DNA from: a bacterium
Lineage (GTDB): Bacteria; Patescibacteriota; Minisyncoccia; Phycocordibacterales; UBA2100
Assembly (NCBI GenBank): GCA_030647655.1
Contig: JAUSJH010000002.1
Span: 130,445 to 194,444, forward strand
Direction of reading: 5' to 3'
DNA: 64,000 nucleotides
The stretch's first letter is position 1; every line of letters starts with the position of its first letter. Of this stretch, positions 1 through 9,260 are shown piece after piece. Position numbers and translations under genes: made by a program. The notes below the pieces were generated by a model. The model was not told where the DNA came from and did not search any database. It was given only the letters and a program-made list of their open reading frames with translations.

Positions 1-32
1 CAAAGAAAAAGGCGTTCCTCGCATGTGATGAT

Positions 33-2183
33 ATGGGAAAAGTCGTGGATGAAACATCCTACGAAGAGCTCGCGAGAAAAATAGAAGCCGCGGCCGCATA
101 CCTCGCCGAACTTGGTCTCACGAAAGGGGACCGCGTCGCTCTCGCGTTCAAAAACTCTCCAGAGCTTCTCATTTTGAGCTGGGCCGCGTGGAGCGCGGGC
201 ATCGTGACGGTCCCCATGGACACCAAGCGCGACACGGGGGAGCAGTATCAGTATAAGCTCAAGCTCAATAAGGCGAAGGTGCTCATCGCGCAGGCGGGTG
301 CGCTCAAGAACATTGAACCGAAATATCTCGAGGGGTTTGAAGTCGTGGAATTTGAGGGTCTGCCTGCGGACTTCAAAAAGACTGAATGGAAGCATGGCCT
401 CATACATCCCGCTCTCGTACTCTTTACCTCCGGCACAACAGGGCATCCCAAAGGAGCGAAACTCTCGCTCGAAAACCTTATTGTGAATGCCGATGGAATA
501 CGCCACTGGCTCAAAATAACCGAGAAGGACACATTTCTCGTGAATCTCCCGCTCCACCACATCAATTCGACGACCTTCTGTCTCGCGACACTTCTTGCGG
601 GAGGTACGATAGCGATACCGCCCAATTACTCAAATTCGCATTTTTGGCAACAGGTCGCGAAGACGGGAGCCACCATCACCTCCATCGTGCAGTCCATCCT
701 TTTCGACCAAGTGGGCCGCGAATCGGAATACAATGAGTTTAAACCTCATATTAAACTAAATAGGATACAGATAGGCTCGGCACCCGTTATTGCCCAGACC
801 GTGCAAGAGTTCATGAGAAAATTCGATATCCCGCTGTATCAAGGGTATGGACACACAGAAACGGCACTCCGCGTTACCGGTGTTTCCATGGATTTATCAG
901 AGAGTCTCTACAAACGCCTTGTCGAGGAAAATTCTATAGGTACGGCCATGCCATGGGCGGATGTGCAAATTATGGGGGAGGAGGGGAAAATCCTCGGTGA
1001 AGAGCAGGAAGGAGAACTCGCAGTCAAAGGCCCTGCGGTAATGGAGGGGTATGTTGGCGAAGAGCCTGCATTCCGCAACGGTTACTTTTTGACCGGTGAC
1101 GTGGGGCTATATCGGATTATAGGAGGGAAGCGGTACTTTTTCCTCAAGGGGCGGAAAAAGGAAATCATTATCAAAGGAGGTATCAATATTTCACCTGTCG
1201 CAGTCGAGAATCACCTGAAGAAAATCTCAAAGGATATCGAGCAGGTGTATGCCGTTAGTGTTGCGGACGAGCGATATGGAGAAGAGATAGGCGCCGTGAT
1301 CGTATGGAAACAGGGAATCGATATTGCACGCGCTAAGCGTCGCCTGAAGTGCACGCTTTTGTTCGGGACGCCGTTCATCAGTCTCTATGAAACTCCAAAA
1401 TACTTGACGTCGCTTACGCTTGAAGAACTGCCGATGACCTCAACCGGCAAAGTACAGCGGACAGTTTTGAAAGACAGTCTTCCGTATGAACGATTCGAAT
1501 CCATCTATGGTCTTGTAAAAACTCCGGAGTACCGTTTTACTGCCCTCCACCGATATTCGCGGTGGGTGCCTGCCTCGTACAAACTCTACAATCTATGCTG
1601 GGCGCCTCTTGTGGCAGAGAAGCTTGAATACGAAAAGAATATTCCGAAGCAGCTCATTATTCTGGCAGCACGTCCGGACGACTCACTAGCAGGACAGATC
1701 GCTCTCATCCGCACCGACCTGTCGAGCGAAGAATTGCTCCATACGACGTACGCTCAACTTCTGGCACCTGAAATTTCCAATCCGCAGGGCAAGCGAATTG
1801 TATGCATATCCATCTGTAGCGCAGATTACCGACCAAAAGGTATTCCCACTGCCTCGAATATTCCGACGCAGGAAGAAGTGCAAAAATATCTGCCGCTCGA
1901 TCCTGTGTATAAATTCCATCAGAAACCGAAAGGGGGAGGCGCTGGCGCCGAACTCGTAGGTCTTATCCCGAACGGCCGCCCCGAAGACAAAAGTTCTCTC
2001 GGATACAACATGCTCCTGAAATATCCGCCCCCAGACGAGAAAATCACAACAACGGAAGGAGCACCGGTCTCAAACCAGCTCATCGAGACGGTGATGGTAA
2101 TGGCGTGCGACGCGGGAATTACAGACGTGTACGCATACTCAAGGCCGGGTGGCCTTGCCGCCTATATGGCTAAGGAAGCTTGA
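33..2183 (+). CDS. AMP-dependent synthetase/ligase (acyl-CoA synthetase-like) with a ~240-aa C-terminal extension of unknown function
   Basis: N-terminal ~470 aa carries the AMP-binding core motif TSGTTGHPKGAKLS, a YGHTE-like motif and a C-terminal PMTSTGKVQR lysine motif. The last ~240 aa (Cys/Pro-rich, KPKGGGAGAE) match nothing I recognise. Confidence 0.8.
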   Translation: MGKVVDETSYEELARKIEAAAAYLAELGLTKGDRVALAFKNSPELLILSWAAWSAGIVTVPMDTKRDTGEQYQYKLKLNKAKVLIAQAGALKNIEPKYLEGFEVVEFEGLPADFKKTEWKHGLIHPALVLFTSGTTGHPKGAKLSLENLIVNADGIRHWLKITEKDTFLVNLPLHHINSTTFCLATLLAGGTIAIPPNYSNSHFWQQVAKTGATITSIVQSILFDQVGRESEYNEFKPHIKLNRIQIGSAPVIAQTVQEFMRKFDIPLYQGYGHTETALRVTGVSMDLSESLYKRLVEENSIGTAMPWADVQIMGEEGKILGEEQEGELAVKGPAVMEGYVGEEPAFRNGYFLTGDVGLYRIIGGKRYFFLKGRKKEIIIKGGINISPVAVENHLKKISKDIEQVYAVSVADERYGEEIGAVIVWKQGIDIARAKRRLKCTLLFGTPFISLYETPKYLTSLTLEELPMTSTGKVQRTVLKDSLPYERFESIYGLVKTPEYRFTALHRYSRWVPASYKLYNLCWAPLVAEKLEYEKNIPKQLIILAARPDDSLAGQIALIRTDLSSEELLHTTYAQLLAPEISNPQGKRIVCISICSADYRPKGIPTASNIPTQEEVQKYLPLDPVYKFHQKPKGGGAGAELVGLIPNGRPEDKSSLGYNMLLKYPPPDEKITTTEGAPVSNQLIETVMVMACDAGITDVYAYSRPGGLAAYMAKEA

Positions 2184-2346
2184 AATAGAGCCGCCGTTTC
2201 ACGATTTCCCCCGCTTTTTCCAATGGGCATTGATTATTTCAGGGGATGCGGTACGATGTCCGCGAATGTAAGTTTTCCACAACTTATTTATATTTGAGTG
2301 GAAAGGTTGGTTTACATTATTTTAGAGGAAACACATACAAAGAATC

Positions 2347-2697
2347 ATGGCTAAGAAGCTATACGTCGGCGGGCTGCCTTACAGCACGACCGATACAGAG
2401 CTCAAAGACGCTTTTGCGCAGGCAGGAGCCGTCGAGTCTGCCACTATCATCATGGACAAGATGAGCGGCCGCTCGAAGGGTTTCGGTTTCGTGGAGATGT
2501 CTTCCGATGAGGAAGCACAGAAGGCGATTGAGATGTGGAATGGGAAGGACTTCGGCGGACGCTCGCTCACAGTAAACGAGGCGCGTCCGATGGAAGACAG
2601 GCCGAAACGCGACTTTCGTGGCGGTGGCGGTGGAGACCGCGGCGGCTACGGAGGCGGACGAGGAGGCAATGGAGGTGGAGGCGGCAGAAGCTGGTAG
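2347..2697 (+). CDS. RRM-type RNA-binding protein with Gly/Arg-rich tail
   Basis: KLYVGGLPYSTTDTELKDAF...KGFGFVEM matches RNP2 and RNP1; the C-terminus is RGG/GGYGGG-rich. Confidence 0.85.
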   Translation: MAKKLYVGGLPYSTTDTELKDAFAQAGAVESATIIMDKMSGRSKGFGFVEMSSDEEAQKAIEMWNGKDFGGRSLTVNEARPMEDRPKRDFRGGGGGDRGGYGGGRGGNGGGGGRSW

Positions 2698-2718
2698 TTT
2701 TTAGTTTCGCCTTCTCAA

Positions 2719-2747
2719 CACACGGCCCCGCCTTGCGGGGCCGTGTG
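2719..2747 (+). terminator. hairpin terminator after the RRM gene
   Basis: CACACGGCCCCGC-cttg-CGGGGCCGTGTG stem-loop followed by gtatgcttgtatt. Confidence 0.55.
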
Positions 2748-2749
2748 GT

Positions 2750-3812
2750 ATGCTTGTATTCATGTGTAAAGCTCTCTCCGCGACCGGCCTTGGCCTTTTT
2801 GTAGCAGTAGCCTTCCTTCCATTATTCGCCTCGGCAGCCACCTGCCCCAATCTCACGCAACCTCTCATACGGCTCGCGCGGGCAGGATATCGTTCAGTTG
2901 CAGAATTTCTTGGTTGCGGAAAGCGATCTCGGAGCTGGGAACAATACCGGCTACTACGGCCGCCTGACCGAAGCGGCGGTGAAATCATGGCAAGTACGAA
3001 ATGGCGTCGTCTCATCGGGAACGCCCGCGACAACCGGCTTCGGAGCCGTCGGCCCGCGCACGCGGGCGAAGATTGCGAATGTGTGTAGAGGAATAATATC
3101 TTCGCCTTTCACCGCCACACCGACATCGGGCGCGGCACCGCTCCAAGTCCAATTTACCTCTCCCTCAAGCTGCGTTCAACCGTACTCCATTGACTTTGGC
3201 GATGGCCAAACCAGCGGGCAAATCGTCGTTCCTCCGTGCAATGCCGATGGTAGCCGTCCATTACAACCAAAAAGTACTTATCATACATACGCCGCCGCGG
3301 GCACATACACGGCAAGCCTCACGGGAGAGGATCGGTCTTCTTGCAGTCCGCCGAACGCTCAAGGATTCGTTCAATGCACGTCTGCATATCGAACTACCCT
3401 CACCGTGACGATTACCGTTTCCGGAAATGGAAACACGGGAGTAAATTTCTCTGTACATCCAACATCTAGCAAGCCGCCGTTCTATGCGATATTCAGAGCC
3501 AATCTCCCGCTGTCTGAATCACCGGACGCATACTTTGTTGATTTCGGCGATGGGACCAACGCGAAAATGATTCGAAATCATGCATCGTGTATCCCGGAAG
3601 ATTATTCATGTACCGGTGGACCAGTTGCGTCGGTGTATGTATCGCACGAATATACAGTGATTGGCGTCTATGCGGCAAAACTCATAAAAGATTTCTCAGG
3701 TTGCATGCGAAATCCTGGAGGACCTTGTCTGCCTGTTTTGAATCAAATGCTCGGAACTCTGACAATTACCGTTGATCCATCGATTCCTATTCCCGATACG
3801 CGTGTGTATTAG
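2750..3812 (+). CDS. secreted peptidoglycan-binding (PG_binding_1) protein with PKD-like repeats; signal peptide is in a different frame (apparent +1 frameshift near 2860)
   Basis: The frame starting at 2750 encodes the signal peptide MLVFMCKALSATGLGLFVAVAFLPLFASAA. The frame open from 2811 encodes SYGSRGQDIVQLQNFL...GYYGRLTEAAVKSWQ (PG_binding_1) before any start codon. Later residues carry PKD signatures (FGDGQTS...HTYAAAGTYTASL; FGDGTNA...HEYTVIGVYAAKL). Confidence 0.55.
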
Positions 3813-3948
3813 TTTCCGATTACTGGGCACCTGTTGCCACTTTAAACCATGCGAACAATTTCTCGACATCTTTTAATATTTTTTACTGTCGCGTGACATA
3901 TCCACATGCGACAAGGTCATTTGTGCCGTTATCGCTCATAATGAGGGG

Positions 3949-4314
3949 ATGAAGTACAGCTCACTGCTTGGGTGGGGGATTGTCATTTATTCGGTCATGG
4001 CGCTTGCGTGGTCAGGCTTTGTCATCTACGGATTGTCGGGGACGCTGACTGGTCGCCTCTTGCAACTTTTGGTTTTGGTAATCGTCACAACGATCGCCGC
4101 CCGCGCGCTCAAGTTCCATTCATGGAAGGATATTCTTCCATACTCTATTCTCTGGGCAATAATGATGGGGCTTTTGGATTCCGTGTACAGCGTACCGTTT
4201 GGTGGGTGGGGAATCTATAGCGATTGGAATCTTTGGGTAGGCTATACGCTTGTGATTCTCGTGCCCCTGCTCGCGCCGAAGACGCGCGCGCTCCCGGCCT
4301 CTCACGAGGTCTGA
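3949..4314 (+). CDS. hypothetical small membrane protein
   Basis: Several predicted TM helices (GWGIVIYSVMALAWSGFVIYGL...); no recognisable family. Confidence 0.4.
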   Translation: MKYSSLLGWGIVIYSVMALAWSGFVIYGLSGTLTGRLLQLLVLVIVTTIAARALKFHSWKDILPYSILWAIMMGLLDSVYSVPFGGWGIYSDWNLWVGYTLVILVPLLAPKTRALPASHEV

Positions 4315-4323
4315 TATGCCCCG

Positions 4324-4445
4324 ACACACACAATGGCATCACAACGGTTGCAGAAGACACTGCCGTAACGTGGAACGTTTTGAGATTACCATAGATGCCG
4401 CGCACGCGGCGTATGGCATTGTAGAAACAATGCCATTGTGTGTGT
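4324..4445. promoter_or_regulatory. structured intergenic leader with mutually exclusive helices
   Basis: Arms ACACACACAATGGCAT (4324-4339) and ATGCCATTGTGTGTGT (4430-4445) form a 16-bp inverted repeat. A local hairpin GGCATTGT-agaaa-CAATGCC (4415-4434) overlaps the right arm. A second hairpin GCCGCGcacGCGGC lies at about 4397-4410. Confidence 0.35.
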
Positions 4446-4451
4446 AGGGGT

Positions 4452-5597
4452 ATGCATGCACTCAGCCTGCATCGGTTCCTTCTGCGCGCCGCACTCGCCA
4501 TCGCCTCCATATTTGCGTGGATATTCGTATTTCAATATTTTTATCTAGTCGAACATGACATCGTCCACGCATTCGCGCGCACTTTGCTCCTCTATGCGCT
4601 CTCGCAGACGATTACGTGCCTTGTCACTCCATATGCCGCGCGCTCTTTGCGCAAAGGTGTGCGCCGCATGCTACTCATCGCCACCTTCTTTCTCGCAAGC
4701 GCATTCGTAATTCTCGGAGGGGCGCTAGTCGGATTTTGGGGTAGCACATATGCATCGTCAGGAATAGTGGCTTTTGCATTCTTGCTAGGCATCTATAGAG
4801 CTCTCTACTGGATCCCGTACGCAGTGGAAGCACGTGCAGTGTCTCGGACACGTGCCACAGTTTGGGGCGAGATACTCATCGCTCTGCTTCCGGCAGTTGC
4901 AGGATTGCTAATCGCTGGCACAGCTTCCGGGCCTCTTTTGGTTCTCTTTATCGGTGCAGGCGCTGTCGCGCTTTCGGCCATTCCCATCCTATACTTTCGC
5001 AACGTCCACGAAAGATTCTCGTGGCGCTTTCGCGAGACTTTCACCGAGCTCTCGGAGCAGAGAAATCGAGCACTCGTCGTCGTAGGACTTCTTGAAGGGA
5101 TGTCGGGCGCGGCTCTTCTTCTTTTTTGGCCGCTTACGATGTTTTTGATGATGGGATGGTCGTACAGCATGCTCGGTATCACGCTCTCGCTCACATTCCT
5201 TGTCGCTGTCTTCGGGCGCTCATTCGTGCGCAAAAGACTGCGCTCGGTACGGCTTCACGATTCGGCGCTCTTGAACACTCTCTTTTCCGTTACGCCGTGG
5301 CTGTTCCGCCTTACCGTCGGGACACCCCTGCAGGCGGTATTGGTGGATTCGTATTTCTATACGACCGTACCACGCCGAAGTGGGATTGACCCCTTCACTT
5401 TTGAACAATCTGCCGACGGCGGCTCATATGTAGACGAATACACGGCACTCAAAGAAATGGCGCTCGCGCTTGGCAGGATAGCCATGTGTTTTCTCGGGGC
5501 GGGTATCGCACTTATGGTATCGCTCCCAGTAGCGTTCATTGTGGTCTTTATCATCGCCGCTATTGCTTCGGCGATGGCCACTCTTGAGCTTTCTTAG
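4452..5597 (+). CDS. hypothetical polytopic integral membrane protein
   Basis: About 10 hydrophobic segments; ATG at 4452 inside ORF 4440..5597; no recognisable family. Confidence 0.5.
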   Translation: MHALSLHRFLLRAALAIASIFAWIFVFQYFYLVEHDIVHAFARTLLLYALSQTITCLVTPYAARSLRKGVRRMLLIATFFLASAFVILGGALVGFWGSTYASSGIVAFAFLLGIYRALYWIPYAVEARAVSRTRATVWGEILIALLPAVAGLLIAGTASGPLLVLFIGAGAVALSAIPILYFRNVHERFSWRFRETFTELSEQRNRALVVVGLLEGMSGAALLLFWPLTMFLMMGWSYSMLGITLSLTFLVAVFGRSFVRKRLRSVRLHDSALLNTLFSVTPWLFRLTVGTPLQAVLVDSYFYTTVPRRSGIDPFTFEQSADGGSYVDEYTALKEMALALGRIAMCFLGAGIALMVSLPVAFIVVFIIAAIASAMATLELS

Positions 5598-6046
5598 GCG
5601 AAGAGCGACGAGATAACCGCCTTTACGTCTGCGCCATCAGCGTTGCCTGCGAACTCTTTCATAACAGCGCCCGTGAGCTTGCCAGCGCCGGACGCATCGG
5701 TAATGCCGAGTTCTGTCATTTTCGCTCGTGCAACCTTCTCGATTTCTTCGCGATTTGCAGTCTGCGGGAGGTATGCCTCGATAATTTTTAGCTCATTCGA
5801 TTCCTTTTCGGCGAGCTCGGGTCTGTTGCCCTTGGTAAATTGTTCGGCTGAATCCTTACGCTGTTTTGCAAGCCGTTTGAGTACCGTTATCGCGTCTGCC
5901 TCTGTAAGCTCTTCAGTCGGCTTGCGACCCTTTGCCACAAGCTCATTCGTAAAAGCGGCGAGCGCCCCGCGCAGAGTCTGCACGCGCAAAGCATCCCGCG
6001 CCTTCATGGCGGCGGTCATGTCAGTCCGAATCTTTTGAGTGAGCAT
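5594..6046 (-). CDS. GatB/YqeY domain protein
   Basis: TEADAITVLKRLAKQRKDSAEQF...ELKIIEAYLPQ...AGKLTGAVMKEFAGNADGADVKAVI is typical YqeY; the start was taken at the internal Met (MLTQKIRTD). Confidence 0.8.
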   Translation of the reverse strand: MLTQKIRTDMTAAMKARDALRVQTLRGALAAFTNELVAKGRKPTEELTEADAITVLKRLAKQRKDSAEQFTKGNRPELAEKESNELKIIEAYLPQTANREEIEKVARAKMTELGITDASGAGKLTGAVMKEFAGNADGADVKAVISSLFA

Positions 6047-6125
6047 CTGAACAGGATAACAAAAGGCTGCATGCGCGCAAGAGCACATGCAGCTTAAAAC
6101 GTTCTCGGTTCTTCGAAGACCCACC

Positions 6126-6413
6126 TTATGAGCGAACTCCGGGAATTTCTGCGCACGCTAGCGCCCCTGCCACACGTACCGTTCCCTCGGGCGTTGTTTT
6201 CTTTGTGAACCCCGACAGGATTCTTCCAACGTATTCCCGTCCCTTCTCGATGCATTTTTCTTGTGAACCGTGGAACCTGTCGTTGGTCTCAATCAGGACG
6301 ATTTCGGCTGCGAAAGGTGGTTGGAACGGCTCCGCTGATGCGAAGAACAGTATGGTAACCGCGAGTTCATACATCATGATAATACCTCCACGAATGAGTA
6401 TATTCGACGGCAT
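6126..6413 (-). CDS. hypothetical small protein (doubtful)
   Basis: A 95-aa ORF between the YqeY-like gene and rmuC; no homology recognised. Confidence 0.2.
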   Translation of the reverse strand: MPSNILIRGGIIMMYELAVTILFFASAEPFQPPFAAEIVLIETNDRFHGSQEKCIEKGREYVGRILSGFTKKTTPEGTVRVAGALACAEIPGVRS

Positions 6414-6440
6414 TTTGAAAGCAACACCGCGTGATAGAAT

Positions 6441-7523
6441 GTGTTCATGGAATGGCTCGTTGTCGGTCTGCTCGTCGCTATTTTGGCGCTACTCACATAT
6501 CTCCTGTGGTTTCGTCGGACGCCGCAGGAAACACAGGGGATGGTCCTGCTTCAGCAACGCATTCAGGAGCTCGAGCGGAGCATGGAGACAAAGCTCGGAG
6601 AAGGGACGGCACGTATGTTCGAGAGCATGAAGACGCAATTCGGCGAGTCGCAGAGACTTGCCTCGGACATTCGTGACTTGGTGGCCAAACAGCTCACGGA
6701 GGTACGCGTCGAGCAAACAAAGACCAACGAATCGACGACCCGCTTCATGGTGATTGCCGAACAGCTCGCGAATCTTGAAAAAGTACTCAAGCATCAAAAG
6801 CAGCGCGGGAATCTCGGCGAAGCATCACTCGAACTCATCCTCTCCAACATCCTGCCGCCCGGCTCCTACAAAATGCAGTACGAATTCCCCGGAGGAGAAA
6901 CGGTAGACGCCGTTGTTGTAACAAAGGAGGGCGTCATTCCGATTGATGCCAAATTCTCGCTCGACAACTATCAGCGCCTCGTCGACGCGATCGACGATAC
7001 CCAGCGTGCCGAACTGGAGAAACAATTCAAGAACGACCTCAAGATGCGCATCGATGAGACCTCGAAGTACGTGCGCCCTAAAGACGGCACCCTGCCATTT
7101 GCATTCATGTATATTCCCGCCGAAGCCATCTACTACGACCTTCTCATCAACGAAGTCGGCTCGGTCAAGGTCAATACGCGCAATCTCATCGACTATGCGT
7201 ACAACGAGAAAAAGGTCATTATCGTTAGCCCCACGACCTTCGCCGCCTATCTCCAGTCAGTCCTCTACGGATTCAAGGCGTTTAAGATAGAGGAGACCGC
7301 AAAAGACATTGCGAAGTTTGTTGAACAGTTAATGAGGCATATGGGCGCCTATGAGCAACACTACGAAGGCCTTGGAAACGCCCTTTCAACTGCCGTAAAT
7401 AAATACAACATTAGTCGCGGTGAATGGAAAAAGATCGACAAAGATATACTGAAAATCACAGGCACGTCCAGCGGATTAGATGTTCCCGCACTGGAAAGGC
7501 CGTCTCTTGCGGCAGATGAGTAA
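6441..7523 (+). CDS. rmuC: DNA recombination protein RmuC
   Basis: N-terminal TM helix, coiled coil, and a conserved RmuC C-terminal region (YEFPGGETVDAVVVTKEGVIPIDAKF..., FMYIPAEAIYYDLL). Confidence 0.85.
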   Translation: MFMEWLVVGLLVAILALLTYLLWFRRTPQETQGMVLLQQRIQELERSMETKLGEGTARMFESMKTQFGESQRLASDIRDLVAKQLTEVRVEQTKTNESTTRFMVIAEQLANLEKVLKHQKQRGNLGEASLELILSNILPPGSYKMQYEFPGGETVDAVVVTKEGVIPIDAKFSLDNYQRLVDAIDDTQRAELEKQFKNDLKMRIDETSKYVRPKDGTLPFAFMYIPAEAIYYDLLINEVGSVKVNTRNLIDYAYNEKKVIIVSPTTFAAYLQSVLYGFKAFKIEETAKDIAKFVEQLMRHMGAYEQHYEGLGNALSTAVNKYNISRGEWKKIDKDILKITGTSSGLDVPALERPSLAADE

Positions 7524-7556
7524 AGAGCGTATCTTGCCCCGCGGAGGTGGTGAACC

Positions 7557-7844
7557 ATGTTCAAACAAATCCCTGGGCATGCACGGGCTCATGACCTGTG
7601 GCTTGCCATTTTGTTGGCTGTTGCGGCTGGGTTAATGACCGGCACGTTACGTGCGGCAATCGGTGCAGCGTTGATTATTGCAGGCGCTTTTTTGGGATCG
7701 CAAGCGACCCATCTGGCGCAAATGCACGGTACCGATCTGCCACCGTCTTGGCTCGAACGTAACATGCAGCAATGGCGCTGGGTCTACGTCGTCTTTGGGG
7801 CGATGGTTGCGCTCATCGGATTGCATCTGTTGCTTTCGAAGTAA
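7557..7844 (+). CDS. hypothetical small membrane protein
   Basis: Three hydrophobic helices; no family recognised. Confidence 0.4.
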   Translation: MFKQIPGHARAHDLWLAILLAVAAGLMTGTLRAAIGAALIIAGAFLGSQATHLAQMHGTDLPPSWLERNMQQWRWVYVVFGAMVALIGLHLLLSK

Positions 7845-7919
7845 AGGCTCGCTGGCCGTGTCCCAAGCTCGGGATGCGGCTTGCCTTTTATGTTTTTTTC
7901 AATTATATTACTCGAACTT

Positions 7920-8240
7920 ATGGCCAAGATAGCTATCATCGAGACGGGGGGGAAGCAATACGTTGTCGTGAAGGACAGTGTTTTTGATGTTGAGAAAATC
8001 ACGGGAGTAAGCGGAGCTGGGGCTAAGATCATCTTTGATAAAGTGCTTCTCACCGACGACGGTAAGGAAGTCAAAGTCGGCGCGCCGTACGTCTCTGGCG
8101 CCAAAGTGTTTGCCGAATTGGTGGAGGAAGGTCGCGATGCCAAAGTAACGGTTATCCGTTATCGCCAGAAAAGCCGCTATTTCAAGAAAAAGGGCCATCG
8201 CCAGCCGTACGCAAAAGTGCGCATCACCGCACTCCCGTAA
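7920..8240 (+). CDS. rplU: 50S ribosomal protein L21
   Basis: MAKIAIIETGGKQYVVVKDSVFDVEKI...VTVIRYRQKSRYFKKKGHRQPYAKVRITAL. Confidence 0.9.
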   Translation: MAKIAIIETGGKQYVVVKDSVFDVEKITGVSGAGAKIIFDKVLLTDDGKEVKVGAPYVSGAKVFAELVEEGRDAKVTVIRYRQKSRYFKKKGHRQPYAKVRITALP

Positions 8241-8261
8241 ACGTTTATTGTATTAAAAAAT

Positions 8262-8298
8262 GTGCCCTCGCGCGAGCGGGGCACTACATTTTTGTTTG
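8262..8298 (+). terminator. rho-independent terminator after rplU
   Basis: GTGCCCTCGCGCGAGCGGGGCAC hairpin followed by TACATTTTTGTTTG. Confidence 0.55.
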
Positions 8299-8581
8299 AA
8301 TCTCCGGCAGCTTATTCAGGTCTTCTCTTTAGGAAAGTTGAGAACCTTGCCTTGCGGGGAAGTTGGCTGCTGGAAACCCGTGCAGGCCCTGAGGGATAGA
8401 CGATAACCCTTTTTGACCTCTTCTTTTGTGTTACGGTTAGCGAATCGTTTACCGAATTTGTGAGCGGCAATATGCCATCCGCACAGAGCACACGAGGTGT
8501 TGTCGACTAGCTCCTCCATCGTCAGTCTGTCTTCAGCCATCTGGAAACCCTCCGAAAGAACATGTAGGCTCAATATACTGC

Positions 8582-9217
8582 TCATCGTCGGGAATCCAAA
8601 GCGCTTTTTATGGTCTCGGGATCGGCATACTCCAGTTCACTACCGGTTGATAATCCGCGGCCAAGCGTTGTAATGATGAAGTCGTGCTCTTTTGCGAGAG
8701 GGGCTAGCTTCTCGCGCACATGGACCGCCGTAACGTCGCCTTCGGGATTTGCGGGGAAGGCGAGTATAACTTCTTTCAGGCCTCTCCGTTCGGGAATAGA
8801 TTTTAACAATTGTGAGATACGCAGACCGCTCGTTTTTTCCGATGCGAGTGAGATGGTGCCACCGAGAACGAAATAATATCCGCGGAATGTGCCGCTTCGC
8901 TCAAGTGCGGCAAGGTCGGCGTCGGATGCGACAACCGCGAGAAGTTTCGTGTCTCGTTCGGGATTCGAGCACATGCTGCACTTCTTTTTGTCACCTGCGT
9001 GGAAACGCATACATGAAGGACACTGATAGACAGAATCGGAAAGACTTCCGAGCGCGTCGATAAACTCCCGACGGAGTGTGGGAGAGGCGCGAAGCAGGAA
9101 TTGCACGAAGCGCTGTGCTTGCCTCTGGCCGATACCGGGGAAGCGCTCGAACAAGGCGACAAGGCGCTCAATCGAATCGGCCACCCCAGTAGAAATACTT
9201 CGTTCTCTTTCTGCCAT
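8582..9217 (-). CDS. recR: recombination protein RecR
   Basis: HhH region FPGIGQRQAQRF, a C4 zinc finger (CPSCMRF...CSMC) and a Toprim region (LLAVVASDADLAA...GYYFVLGG). Confidence 0.9.
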   Translation of the reverse strand: MAERERSISTGVADSIERLVALFERFPGIGQRQAQRFVQFLLRASPTLRREFIDALGSLSDSVYQCPSCMRFHAGDKKKCSMCSNPERDTKLLAVVASDADLAALERSGTFRGYYFVLGGTISLASEKTSGLRISQLLKSIPERRGLKEVILAFPANPEGDVTAVHVREKLAPLAKEHDFIITTLGRGLSTGSELEYADPETIKSALDSRR

Positions 9218-9260
9218 ATGAACCTGAAGTGTAGGGCGTATTTCTAACGGGGCAAGTATT

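Noticed and set aside
8316-8585. An 89-aa minus-strand ORF downstream of recR.
   Set aside because: No homology recognised, no clear ribosome-binding site, and it overlaps the recR stop; left unannotated rather than called YbaB, which it does not resemble.
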